From Eledone cirrhosa (taxonomy: Eukaryota), in contig OZ024742.1 in NCBI GenBank assembly GCA_964016885.1, positions 362,452,001 through 362,516,000 on the forward strand: a DNA stretch of 64,000 bases, read 5' to 3'. Positions 42,747 through 55,986 of the stretch are shown in pieces. Under the pieces are notes generated by a model. It saw only the letters and a list, made by a program, of their open reading frames with translations. It made no database searches and was not told the DNA's origin. Within the stretch, counting starts at the first letter, position 1, and every line of letters starts with the position of its first letter. Both the position numbers and the translations under genes were made by a program.

Positions 42747-43550
42747 GTCTGTAATAATGGAACTGTGGTCTTTCAAGAGAAGAAGCGGCTCTACCGGCAG
42801 CGACTGTATCATCTCCGAGCTAGGCACTCACGTAACGTTGCACCTGTCCGTAATAATGGAACTGTAGTCTTTCAAACGTAGCGGCTCTACCTACAGCGAC
42901 TATAAGATCTCCGAGCTAGATCACGTAACTTTACTCCAACGACCTTTCAGAGGAATACCATTCCGGCCGCTTGTATGCGCGATCGTATTTTTTCGATCAA
43001 TATCCAAGCCACCTTCAACCCGTTCTCTAGCAGAACAACTCTGCCGAGGAGTTAATAAGCCTAATATTGCAACTTTCACATCAATCTGTCCAACAAGAAA
43101 GACGCTATAAACATTTGTTTTAACAGACATAGTTTTAGATATTTTCTGATAGTTTCAATATGTTAAGTTATGGCCGAACTGTTAGGTTCTTAAACAATCA
43201 TCATCACTCATACTATTCTTGTACTTTCTTTAGAAAACTGAAGTAAAGAACAATGTTGTGTGGTGAAAGACCATAACTTATCGTAAACTGAAAAGTAATT
43301 TCCGAACACATTTGAGTAGATGACCATTCCTACAAAGACTTGTCTCATAATTAGTTCCTGAGGGTATGTCAACTAAACACAATAGAGAGAGGGAGAACGA
43401 GAGAGAAAGACAAAGGAAAAAATGTGAATGATATATATGTATATATATATATATATATATAAATATCACACACACACACACACACACACATACACACGCA
43501 CACAGACGCACACACACACATACACACACATACATACCTACCTACCTACC

Positions 43551-43595
<45 letters not shown>

Positions 43596-43650
43596 GGAGA
43601 GAGAGACAGGGAGAGTCAGAGAAGGAGTGAGAGAGAGAGTGAAAAACATG

Positions 43651-43825
43651 ATTGTTTCTATTTTGGCACAAGGCCAGCAATCACCCTGTGTATTACTGGT
43701 ACTTTATTTTATCGACCCCCGTAAGGATGAAAGGCAAAGTTAACCTCGGCGGGATTTGAACTCACACCGTAAAGGGACGTAACTCTATGCTTCAAAGCAT
43801 GGTGTCCGACTCTCTACCGATACTG
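43651..43825 (-). mobile_element. Same SINE, copy 2
   Basis: ggcacaaggccagcaat...ttatcgaccccc-gtaaggatgaaaggcaaagttaacctcggcgggatttgaactc (B box GAGTTCAAATCC on minus strand). Confidence 0.85.
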
Positions 43826-43830
43826 AAAAA

Positions 43831-44021
43831 AATAATTGTTTCTACTTTAGGCACAAGACCAGCAATTACCCAGTGCATTACTGGTACTTTATTTTATCGA
43901 CCCCGTAAGGATGAAAGGCAAAGTTAATCTCGGCGGGATTTGAAATCAGATCGTAAAGGGACGTAACTATGCTGGAAAGCATGGCGTCCGACCCTCTACC
44001 GATACTGCTAATCCACCGCCC
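43831..44021 (-). mobile_element. Same SINE, copy 3 (tandem with copy 2)
   Basis: Full alignment to copy 4, including the 5' head ...gatactgctaatccaccgccct. Confidence 0.85.
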
Positions 44022-44639
44022 TGAAAAACATAATGTTGTTTAAAGAGCTGTAAAACCACTGTAAACTGTCATTTCCACAATTCCTTCACAATATTCAGGA
44101 AAAATATTCATGTTTTTAAATGGAATCTTATAACGCAACACCGAATAATGGGTCACTTAAGTACAATATAGTAGGGTTGAAATAACGCTTCTAGGATTTA
44201 TGGAGAAAAATATATTTTCAAGTTGGCATCTTCATGGATCATATATGGCATTTTACTGTACAATTTTAAGTTTCAATAGATTTATTTAGTGTTGTCATTA
44301 TAAATATACTGGTAATAGGCAGAGTGGATATTACGATGGATTGAAAAACAAAATGCGGCGGTGATTGGTTCTGATCTTTCGCTCTCAGTTCAAATCCAGC
44401 CAAGGTCTACCGAACAACACACCCATCAAACCACAACCATTCATAGGAGTGAATTATACATTACCATCCTCCCTCTGAAGTGCTACATAAACTGGGTGAA
44501 TCAAGAGTACTTGGTACGATGTAACGTCTTCATTCCTACATAAATCATTTACTCAGTGTAAGCTAACTTGACATCCTAGCCATTTTCCAGCTATATATAA
44601 CACACACACACACAGACACAGATACACATAGACGCACGC

Positions 44640-44757
<118 letters not shown>

Positions 44758-45374
44758 GTAAATATCTTTAAGTCATTTGGAAGCCTCGACAATGCAAATG
44801 GGTAAATCTCCGGGTAACAAGTTTCTGTATTAGCAGTGTAGTATGTTCGTATGGTGGAATGCTACTGTGTGTATGTGCGTGTGCGTGTGTAGCTGTCTCG
44901 TTTGTGTGTGTGTGTGCGTGTGTTGCTACATCGTTTGTTAACTTAAACCAGCCACCTGATTTCGCTTCTCTCGGATCTATTGTTTATTTGCGGTGCCGGG
45001 CGTTTGATAAAAAGCGCTTCCTTGATACGTAACGTGCCGACGTTTCTTTCAGTCGCTAGACAATGGGCCTTCCGTCTTTGTTTCCGCATTTGTCTATGTG
45101 TTTCCGGAAAGACGAGGCCCTAGTTTTAGTGTTCCTTGATCCGGATGTGCAAAGGCCGGATTGTGCTACCTATATAGTATTGGTTGCACCTGTCACATTC
45201 TTTCTAATACACGATGTATGTGCGTAGGCAACAGTTCGCATGGCGTATCGGGCGTCTCTGAGGGAGCACGCGTCAGTAGATTTCTCGGGTTTCCTGGAGA
45301 GGCATCTTCGCTTGTTACCCGGAGATTTACCCATTTGCATTGTCGAGGCTTCCAAACGACTTAAAGATATTTAC
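44758..45374. mobile_element. ~620-bp non-coding element with 64-bp terminal inverted repeats
   Basis: 44758-44821 (gtaaatatctttaagtcatttggaagcctcgac...ggtaacaag) is the near-perfect reverse complement of 45311-45374. Confidence 0.8.
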
Positions 45375-45430
45375 CTATTATTCAACAATGCTTCAAGCAA
45401 ACTTCAATACTCTCATATATATATATATAT

Positions 45431-46135
45431 ATCACTGATGAAGGACTAACTTTATTCATATGTAACCCATTAGCAACCCCGCAGCACGTTTTTCTCATAT
45501 TTACACATATTTTTTCCCCGCTGTTACACGTCTATTTCGTTCTTACTGCTTCCTCTTTCTCTGTATCTTTACCCTCTCTAGCAGTCACTCTCTCTGTTAG
45601 CCTCTTCCTCACTCTTCACTCACTCATTCTCTGTTACTACCTCTCCTCCTCCTCCTTCTTCCCGTTTGACCTGTGCGTAATTCTTTTCTTTCGCACCCTT
45701 GGTCTGGCAAGTCACTTTTTTTCTCTCTCTCGTCTACGATTTCACAGAACTTACGTTCACCGAAATCACAGACTAGACCCCTTCTTCCTCCCGTTAGACC
45801 TGTACGGAATTCCTTCCTTGCTTACATTCAAACCGGGTTTGATGGTCTTTATTCTCTCTCGTTCACGATTTCAACGAATTTAAATTCATAGAAATTTGGG
45901 ACTTGACTCCTTCTTCCTCACTTTTCGTTGCTTCACCATTTTCTTTGTTTACACTCGTGTTCCCTTTTATTTACGTGTCCCAACGACTTTTTTTAGCCGT
46001 TGCTCGCACCAACCGGAGGTATATGGTCTTTAAAGCGATGAAATACCAATGATGGTTGGAAGATCACTGATGAAGGACTAACTTTATCCATATGTATCCC
46101 ATTAGCAACCCCGCAGCACGTTTTTCTCATATTTA

Positions 46136-46138
<3 letters not shown>
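45431..46138 (+). mobile_element. ~710-bp non-coding element bounded by 76-bp direct repeats, embedded in (TA)n
   Basis: atcactgatgaaggactaacttta...ctcatatttacac at 45431-45506 and 46063-46138 (offset 632). Confidence 0.75.
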
Positions 46139-46233
<95 letters not shown>

Positions 46234-46362
46234 ATATACATACACACATATATATACCTACATATACATATACATATATATATATAGATATATACACACA
46301 TATATACATATACACATATACATATATATATACACACATACACACATACATACATATACATA

Positions 46363-49300
46363 CATGATGGCTACCTCCTCGTTATCGAGTATGGCCATTG
46401 CACGAGAGAAAAAAAATATATATAAATAAATAAATAAAATAAAAATAAAAATATTAATAGATAAACAAAAAAAAATATATATATATATATGTATATATAT
46501 ATACACATACATATACATATATACACACACATATATATACACACATACATTAATAACAATAATAATAATAACAATAATAATATACATATACATATGTATA
46601 TACACACACACGCGCACACATAAACATATCTATACACACACACACGATAGCAACTAACAGCGCTGCGATCGAATGTGGCTTTTTAGCCCAGCCAATGATC
46701 TAAAATGTCTTGCAGAGAGTCGGCAAACAAAACATGCACTGAGAATAGCCGGCTGTGGTTGGAGTTCATGTACTTTTGCATGTCGCTTGAGCCCTCCTGC
46801 TGATTTACATTCTCTACCACATGTTTGGCAAGCATGATGAGTAGCATCTCCAACAGCAGCCTGGTAGTCAACCACTGGTCTTACTTTATGACTGCGAAGA
46901 TGACTTTCGAGTCCAGCTTTGCTTAGGCAGAGTCTCGCACAGACGCTGCATGTCAGCACCATAGGAGGACCCTCGTCGTCTGGAAGTGCAACAGCAATGC
47001 CCTTCCTCACATCCCGCTTTACTTTCTCGTATGCGATTCGAGATGCCTCAAAGGCAACTTTTCCCTCATATACAGTCTTTCTCCATTTATTACGATCAGC
47101 AGCAATGTTTTCTCATGTATCAGTAGAGATGGTAGCGTCTTTCAAAGAGGCTTTCAAAGAATCCTTATACCTCTTTTTTGGTTTATGAGGCGGTCGTTTT
47201 CCTTTAACCAACTCTCCATAAAAGAATTGTTTTGGTATTCTAGAATCCTTCATCCTGGCAAGGTGACCACTCCAACGGAGTCGTTGCTTAAGCACAAGAG
47301 CTTCTATACTGTCAAACATAGAGCTTTCCAAAATCTCGACCTCACTGATGTGGTCCCTCCAGTGAACGCCATGGATCCGTCTGAGACACATCTGATGGAA
47401 ACGCTCCAATTGCCTAAGGTGCTGCCGATATGTGACCCAGGTCTCGCAGGCATAAAGAAGACAAGAGAGCACACATGCCTTGTACACCTTTACCTTTGTC
47501 GCCCAGCATATGTCTCGCCGACCCCATTGCAAAATATATGGCAAACAGGGTCGGTGCTGGAATATCCCCCTGTTTCACTCCATTTTTTACTGAGATAGGC
47601 TCCGACATGTTACCTCCGACATTAACCCAGCCTTCATGTCGTCATGGAAAGACCTAATTAAAGCAAGGAACTTATCAGGGCAATCAAGTTTCTGGAGAGC
47701 CTTCCATAATGCATCTCTGTTAACAGTATCGAAAGCTTTTGTCAGATCGACAAAAACCTGATACAGATCCAAACCTTGTTCCATGCACTTCTACTGGAGC
47801 TGTCTAGCTGAGAAGATCATATCAATATTGCCATGTCCAGCACGAAAACCAGATTGTCTTTCAGGTAGAACACAATCTGAAATGTGTGTCAGCAGACGGT
47901 CCAGAAGCACCCTACATAAAACATTCCCTACGACAGAAAGCAATGATATACCTCTGTAGTTCCCACAATCATCCCTGTTACCCTTTCCCTTGTACAAGAC
48001 CACCATAACTGCATCTCTCCAGACCTCAAGTACGGATTCAGTAGCCCATATTCTGCCAAACAAAGAGTGAAGATGTTGCAGGAGTCTCTCACCACCATAT
48101 TGTAGGAGCTCAGCATGTATGCCATCCATATCTGGAGATCTTCCACTGTTCAGCTTCGAGATAGCCACTGCAACCTCCACAAGCGTCGGAGGTTCTGCGA
48201 GAGCTACGTTCACAGGACTTTCTGGAATGAGATTGAGGAAATCTTCACTGACGACAGACGGCTCATTCAAAAGATCATCAAAGTGCTCTCCCCACCTTAG
48301 TAGAATTCCTTGTGAGTCACGCAGAAGTTATTTGCCATCGCTGCTGCGAAGCGGTTTCACCAGAGAAGAAGACGGTCCATAAACCTCACGCAAGAGACTG
48401 TACAACAGCTTTATGTTATTGGAATCTGGCGCAGTTTGTATCTCACCAGCCTTCTCACTCCACCACTGATCCTTCATCTGCGAAAGACTCGGCCTAACAC
48501 GTGATTTTACATCCTTGAGTTCCTCATGCAACGTATTCCTCCCCGTGTGGTTTTGCCGTCAAGTAGCGTGACAGAGCACGCCTCTTATCAGCCAACAAGT
48601 CTTCTATATGTACATCATTCTCATCAAATCAGTCCTGATGTTTTCTCTGCACCAATCCCAGAACACGCCTGCCTACATCATAGACCGACTTTTTAAGGGT
48701 CGGCCAATCCTCACCAAGATCTGCAGCCTGCATCTCTTCTTCCAATGTCCTCCTCACATTTTTATCCTTAAGACGAGTAGCATTCAATCTTTTGGGCAGG
48801 GCAACACCAGGAGCCCGGATTTTACGTTTAGTGATTAGTTTCACATTTGCGCGTACCAGGCGGTGGTCCGTCCAGCACTCAGCTCCACGAAGAGCACGAA
48901 CACACTGCACATCCTATCTGTCACGCATCCTGACTAGGACGTAGTCCAAAAGATGCCATTCCTTAGATGCAAGATGCATCCATGTGGTCTTGAATTTGTT
49001 CTTTTGTTGGAACATGGTGTTCGTAACAGACAGATCCAGCTCCTCACACATCTGCAGCAGGAGCATACCATTGTTGTTACACTTTCCCACCCCATGCCTT
49101 CCGATTAAATTCCATGTGTTAAAATCCCTACCCATTCTAGCATTAAAGTCACCAAGCACGATGACTTTATCTGCCTGAGGGATATTTCTTAAAACACCTT
49201 TCAGGGCATGGTAAAAGGACACTTTTTCTTCATCGACAGAATTCATAGTTGGAGCATACACACTAACCAGGGTCGCATATCTTCCTTTGTCCAGCGGAAT

Positions 49301-50456
49301 TCTCATGGAAATAAGACGCTCACTAATCCCTACTGGGAATTCTTATAATTTATTCACAAGAACAGTCTTAACAGCAAATCCTACTCCAGCCTCTCTTCTG
49401 GTTCCTTCATCTCTTCCTTTCCAGAAGAATGTATATTCTCCACAAAATTCTGTAAGATGACCATCTCCAGCTAACCTCGTCTCAGACCCTGCCCTTATTG
49501 CCAAGTATCTTTTTTGTTCCAGCACTCAGCTCCACGAAGAGCACGAACACACTGCACATCCTATGTGTCACGCATCCTGACTAGGACGTAGTCCAAAAGA
49601 TGCCATTCCTTAGATGCAAGATGCATCCATGTGATCTTGAATTTGTTCTTTTGTTGGAACATGGTGTTCGTAACAGACAGATCCAGCTCCTCACACATCT
49701 GCAGCAGGAGCATACCATTGTTGTTACACTTTCCCACCCCATGCCTTCCGATTAAATTCCATGTGTTAAAATCCCTACCCATTCTAGCATTAAAGTCACC
49801 AAGCACGATGACTTTATCTGCCTGAGGGATATTTCTTAAAACACCTTTCAGGGCATGGTAAAAGGACACTTTTTCTTCATCGACAGAATTCATAGTTGGA
49901 GCATACACACTCACCAGGGTCGCATATCTTCCTTTGTCCAGCGGAATTCTCATGGAAATAAGACGCTCACTAATCCCTACTGGGAATTCTTATAATTTAT
50001 TCACAAGAACAGTCTTAACAGCAAATCCTACCCCAGCCTCTCTTCTGGTTCCTTCATCTCTTCCTTTCCAGAAGAATGTATATTCTCCACAAAATTCTGT
50101 AAGATGACCATCTCCAGCTAACCTCGTCTCAGACCCTGCCCTTATTGCCAAGTATCTTTTTTGTTCCAGCACTCAGCTCCACGAAGAGCACGAACACACT
50201 GCACATCCTATGTGTCACGCATCCTGACTAGGACGTAGTCCAAAAGATGCCATTCCTTAGATGCAAGATGCATCCATGTGGTCTTGAATTTGTTCTTTTG
50301 TTGGAACATGGTGTTCGTAACAGACAGATCCAGCTCCTCACACATCTGCAGCAGGAGCATACCATTGTTGTTACACTTTCCCACCCCATGCCTTCCGATT
50401 AAATTCCATGTGTTAAAATCCCTACCCATTCTAGCATTAAAGTCACCAAGCACGAT
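46363..50456 (-). mobile_element. RTE-clade LINE (APE endonuclease + RT + C-terminal C2H2 fingers), degenerate
   Basis: APE motifs SETRL, GVGFAV, VYAPT, LGDFNAR, WHLLDY, TDHRLV. RT motifs NYRGISLL, QSGFR, FVDLTKAFD, GVKQG. Also RLRWSGHLARM and three C2H2-like fingers. 3' tail motif at 46363-46410, separated by microsatellite. Confidence 0.93.
48871..50456. repeat. 647-bp tandem amplification (about 2.45 units) of the RTE endonuclease region
   Basis: Unit starts tccagcactc at 48871, 49518 and 50165. ORFs 48914/49561/50208 are offset by exactly 647. Confidence 0.95.
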
Positions 50457-50557
50457 TGCCAATTATCTCTTCTATATTGTTCTGGAACATCATTGAATTT
50501 GTAAAAAAATAAATAAAAATAAGTAATAATAATAGTAACAATAATAATAATAATAAT

Positions 50558-50801
50558 ATTGTCATAGGTGCACTAGGTACTATCTCAAAAAGTTTCCAGA
50601 GATGGTTAAAGAAAATTGGCCCCTTCACGCTTTTTGGAACGCTTCAAAAGGCATGCTTGCTGGGAACAGCAAGAACCCTCCGATACGTCCTGAATATCTG
50701 AGGCTGCAGGTAGTGGCTTGATATTCATTTCAACAAACTTTCCAGTTAACTAACATCAATGACTGAGACTCAAAGAATAATACTAATAATAATAATAATA
50801 A
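50558..50801 (+). mobile_element. Heavily 5'-truncated R4/Dong-like (restriction-like endonuclease) non-LTR retrotransposon inserted in (AAT)n
   Basis: 50558-50701 reads IVIGALGTISKSFQRWLKKIG...LQKACLLGTARTLRYVLNI*, followed by a short 3' UTR. (AAT)n on both flanks. Confidence 0.8.
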
Positions 50802-50802
50802 T

Positions 50803-51060
50803 GCACTCGTGCAATGACTGTGCGTGACGAATATTTTTAAAGTGAGGAAAGACTGTGCACTGAGCCAATCCCACCTTCTGAGCGATAGTAGCTATAACCC
50901 GAAAAGAAGAAAAGATCAACATCATCGGTAACTACTGAGCCGCAGGTTTATGTCAGAGTTAACCCAGTTTCCTGAGATGCATTCTCCTAGAAGAATGCCC
51001 TGACAAGGGCTAGGGGTTCTTCACTTCCAGTGGTTTAACTGCGCGATCAGGCATCCAGCC
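50803..51060 (-). mobile_element. RTE-type 5' UTR fragment
   Basis: Colinear similarity with ~55150-55340 (e.g. ttctcctagaa...tgccctgacaagggctagggg vs ttctcctagaa...tgccttgacaaaggctaagggg). Upstream of, and same strand as, the RTE ORF. Confidence 0.6.
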
Positions 51061-51228
51061 CGATTATTTCTATGTCCCCGTGCAAAAAAAAACTCACTTA
51101 TTGACACTTATACGTACGACATACACACACGCGCATACATACGCGCGCACACACACGCATACATACGCGCGCACACAGTAACACTCATACATACAAACAC
51201 ACACACACACGCTACTCACTTACACACG

Positions 51229-51259
<31 letters not shown>

Positions 51260-51529
51260 TACCGCCATTACTGATACAAGATTACAAGATTATGTCAACT
51301 GTTGACTTTCAAGAGTTTGTATAGTTGAAGCCGTTCGTATTACAGTCCAGTATTATTATAATTGTTTTACAGCATAGAGCTATGGCCCTCCACGCTCTGA
51401 GCTCAAATCCAGCCGTGTATATACATACATACACACATATATATACATACACACATATATATACATATATACACACGTATGCACATATACATACACATAT
51501 ATATACATATATACATATATACACGTATG

Positions 51530-51597
<68 letters not shown>

Positions 51598-51605
<8 letters not shown>

Positions 51606-52020
51606 TGTATATATAGTGTATGTTGCAATAGACTGTATGGTTAATTAAAAGCATTTCGAAGACCTTATGCTATTGTTTTAGAGTAGTGACAGTCTCATTT
51701 ACTTTAATTTTCAGCAAACAGGGGAGATAATTTTCAATTTCTGCTTGACTGGCAACCACTCTGTATAATCAGTTCCTGATTATTACTAGAATTCTATAAG
51801 AATCAAACATTCATGATTTTCAGCAAACAGGACGAGTAGTTAACTTTGATAAGCATAAAAAAATTCGAAACGTAGCTCTGTCAGCTTTATCTCCCCTGTT
51901 TGCTGAAAATTAAAGTAAGTGAGACTGTCACTACTCTAAAACAATAGCATAAGGTCTTCGAAATGCTTTTAATTTAGCATAAGTGTATTGCAAAATACAC
52001 TATATATACATTCATATATA
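51598..52020. repeat. Fold-back element: ~133-bp inverted arms with 156-bp spacer
   Basis: 51598-51730 is the reverse complement of 51887-52020. Flanked by (TA)n. Confidence 0.9.
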
Positions 52021-52109
52021 TATCGCTATTTCATCTTAGAAATATTATCTCCACACACACACCAACACATACATATTTCAAATATATGTCTATAAACATT
52101 TTTGTGTAC

Positions 52110-52154
<45 letters not shown>

Positions 52155-52265
52155 TTAGTTAAGCAAAACAAGACCACAAATTTCACAAGGAAGACATTAT
52201 TAAAAGATTGTCAACATATTTTAGTTTGATGTAAGGAATGTAGAGAATAATAATAATAATATTAA

Positions 52266-52458
52266 TAATAATTGTTTCTACTTTAGGCACAAGGCCAGCA
52301 ATTAACCAGTGCATTACTGGTACTTTATTTTATCGACCCCGTAAGGATGAAAGACAAAGTCAACCTCGACGGGATTTGAACTCAGATCGTAAAGGGACGT
52401 AACTATGCTGGAAAGCATGGCGTCCGACCCTCCACCGATACTGCCAATCGACCGCCCT
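52266..52458 (-). mobile_element. Same SINE, copy 4 (full length)
   Basis: Minus strand: A box-like TGGCAGTATCGG, B box GAGTTCAAATCC, Nin/Deu-like domain, (TTA)n tail. Confidence 0.87.
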
Positions 52459-52638
52459 TAATATTATTATTAATAACATTAATAATAATAATGTCCGTTT
52501 ACAATTGTTTCTCTACTCCATATGATATTTCTGGATCAGATGACTATATATCATAATTGATCTGGTTCAGTTGAAAATAATTAATATATTTTAAAAAAAC
52601 AGAGCGGCTCATCGGCACTTCAAAGGAATATGAATTAA

Positions 52639-52736
52639 AATAATTGTTTCTACTTTAGGCACAAGGCCAGCAATTACCCAGTGCATTACTGGTACTTTAT
52701 TTTATCGACCCCGTAAGGATGAAAGGCAAAGTCAAC
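52639..52736 (-). mobile_element. Same SINE, copy 5 (5'-truncated)
   Basis: aataattgtttctactttaggcacaaggccagc...gaaaggcaaagtcaac. Confidence 0.85.
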
Positions 52737-53095
52737 AATAATGAGAGAATCTTACATAATATAATGTTCCATATATTGGTTTTTCACTATAGTGTCTTGG
52801 TTGCATCAGTTGTAAGCCATAATCAAGCAGTATTCATCTGTCGAGGCTGCATTGTATGAGATCTGCCTATGGGTAACAAGATGGCTGCCAAAAGACATAT
52901 TTACCTTACTAATTAGAGGGTGGTTTCAGGAGAAGTAACTCCTCGAGAGATTAGAAATTGTGGGTAGTTTATAGTTAAGTGCTAATTTTTAAATTGTTTA
53001 ATTGAGACACAATGTAGGGGAGGTAGCTTATAATTATCTAAGTTAGTCATAGCTATTTAACTTATTAGCTACAAGTAAAAATGGGGCTAGATGAC

Positions 53096-54563
53096 TAAGT
53101 TGTGTCAAATATTCTATTGGCGAAGGAATTAGATCTTCGATGTTGACAGCTAATAGTTGCCTCCGTTCTATCGTTAATCGGTAGAGGTCGTGATAGAGTT
53201 ATGTAATATGCTTCTGTAATACAGAGATCACAAGATTTTCTTCATCCATTGAACAGTTGGGCCCTAGCCACGATATTCCATTTTAGTGAGTGTTGAACGT
53301 TGCTTAATTTAAGGTTTTTAATGAGCGTAGATAGCGATGTCGAACATCTATTGCTAGAGATTCGGAAGGAAAAAGAGTGCGCGTTATAGCGTAGCTTAAA
53401 AGGGTTAGAGGTATACCCGATATAAGAGCTGGTATTTGAAGCAGTTTTAACCGTGCACCTATAGACTATGTTGGGTGTCAGGCAGTGTCCATTTAATGGG
53501 CATGCATTAGGGTAACGGCAGTTGCAGTTGCTTCTGCGGTTAGTGAGAGTAGGGTAGTTTAACCTAAGCTGTAGGTCAGTGCTAGAAGGATTAGATGAGG
53601 GAGGTGTGCTACTAGAGTAATTATTGGTGTAGTGGCGTGGTGTATTTGATAGGGGTGGTTGTACCGCGCTGTGGGTGTTATACTGTCTTAGTTTATGATG
53701 GTTACTGAATGCGATGTGGCTAGCTGGGCTGGGTGTTGTGGAGAATGAGATTTTAATGTTATTTTTATTAAAGAGTTTGTAATATCTATGGGGGGGGGGA
53801 TGTTTAGATAGGATAGAGAAGAGGCGTTTAGGGATATTAATGCTAGATTAGATGAGAATGGGGGGGTTAAGCCAGGTGATATGTCTAGGTCTATTCCTTC
53901 TAGGGGTTCTAGTGGAGTTGGTAGGTGCCTTCCTAGGGTTATTATTACCTGGGGATTTGTTATTTGTCATCCCATTTCTCATTCCTATTCTATGGTTGAT
54001 TTTTACTTTGCTACTTGGAGTGCGGAGCAGGCCGCTGCCACCATTAAACTTCCCTGTATAGGTGCTCTTATTGCTAACATTCCGGCGAATCTGGCTATAT
54101 GCTAAGGTATTTCTAGTTCTAGCGTTAAGTTTATTATGGTAAATTGCTGTGTTATGGCATTTAGGTATGTAGTAAATGGACTGTTCATAACCAGATTCAG
54201 AAAGAGCCTTATTATAATATTGTGCATGGTTTATAAATATCTCCTCATTTGCTGATAGCATTGAGATCCTATACGAGATAGATTTGATTACTGCTCTGAT
54301 GACTGCCGGTGGGTGGTTAGAGTATGGGCTAATATATGTGAGTATTTCACCTGGTTTATGGTAAGGGTAATAATATAGGTTATTGTTGAGATCCAGAGTG
54401 ACGTCTAGGAAGTTTATTACTTTATGGTCCGGCTCGATGGTGATAGAGAGATCGTTATTTTTAAAGAATCTTTGTAATTGTTTTTTTTAGCAAATCAATG
54501 CCCCGACTAGTGCAATTGTGGACTGCAAATAGGGCGTCGTCCCTGTATATTCCGACTTGCAGG
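53096..54563 (-). pseudogene. 5'-truncated Penelope-like element (RT C-terminus + GIY-YIG), frameshifted
   Basis: Minus strand: [40 protein letters not shown]...CPLNGHCL, NIVYRC, YIGYTS, CDLCITE. Confidence 0.9.
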
Positions 54564-54598
54564 GTGTGTATGTGTGTGTGTATATGTGTATATATATG

Positions 54599-54690
<92 letters not shown>

Positions 54691-54831
54691 TATACACATA
54701 TACACACATACATATATATAGACATACACACATACACACATACACATACATATAAATACATACATATACACACACACACATACATACATATATATATGCA
54801 CATTCACATACATACACACACATACACACAC

Positions 54832-54908
<77 letters not shown>

Positions 54909-54917
54909 TACACACAT

Positions 54918-55530
54918 ATTGTGGCTGCCAACTCGTTTTCGAGTACGGCCACTACTTTATATCCATGTAGGAGAACCCCTACCGATGCGCTGAACGAGTG
55001 TGACTTTTTAGTCCAGCCAGCGACTTGAAGACTCTGGTACAAACACTACACTTGTGACAATTATTGACACATAGTGCTTTACCTTTGGTACCATGTGACG
55101 ACAAGTGCAGAGAGATCTCCAGATACAAAGCAATGCCTGTGCCATGAAGCTTTTATAGTGAGCAAAGGCACTGCACAAAGCCAGTCCCACTCTCTTAACC
55201 AAGATGATATTTACCAAAAAGAAGAACAAGTCAACATCATTGGATACCATCAGGTTTGCAGGTGTTATATCAGAGTTTTCCTTCTCCTAGAATTCTGCCT
55301 TGACAAAGGCTAAGGGGTCATCTCTCCCAGTGATTTTGGATGGCCATTGACTCTTAAGAGCTCCTTTGCCCTTTGACAGGTTTTGTTTTTAGTCCTGCAG
55401 GATGTCCAAAGTCACCCTCCTCACCAAGAAACCTTGGTGGGGTTGCCAGTTTAGTCGCCAACGACCCGACCATGAGACAGGTTGTACTGGGATACATGTT
55501 ACCAATAGCACCAAGTGGTGACCTGACATA
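54918..55530 (-). mobile_element. Internally deleted (bipartite) RTE derivative: 5' UTR fused to terminal zinc finger and 3' tail
   Basis: Minus strand [25 protein letters not shown] (stop at 54979) parallels the RTE end [15 protein letters not shown]. 54918-54952 resembles the tail at 46363-46410. 5' half resembles 50803-51060. Confidence 0.75.
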
Positions 55531-55720
55531 ATACATATCTCTGAGATACATATATATATATAAATATATATATATAAGAATAAATAAATACATACACATA
55601 TATATACATATATACATACATACACACACATAATAAATACATACACATATATATACATATATACATACATACACACACATACATATACACATACACATAT
55701 ATATACACATATATATATAC

Positions 55721-55845
<125 letters not shown>

Positions 55846-55856
55846 CATATATATAT

Positions 55857-55927
<71 letters not shown>

Positions 55928-55986
55928 CATATATATATACATATATACACATATACTTATATATAGTGATGTTTTAAATCAACATA

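Noticed and set aside
52905-52960. Hammerhead relic downstream of the 53-kb PLE (minus strand GGAG/CTCC stem + GAAAC)
   Set aside because: The core reads CTCTCGA and stem III does not close; too degenerate to support.
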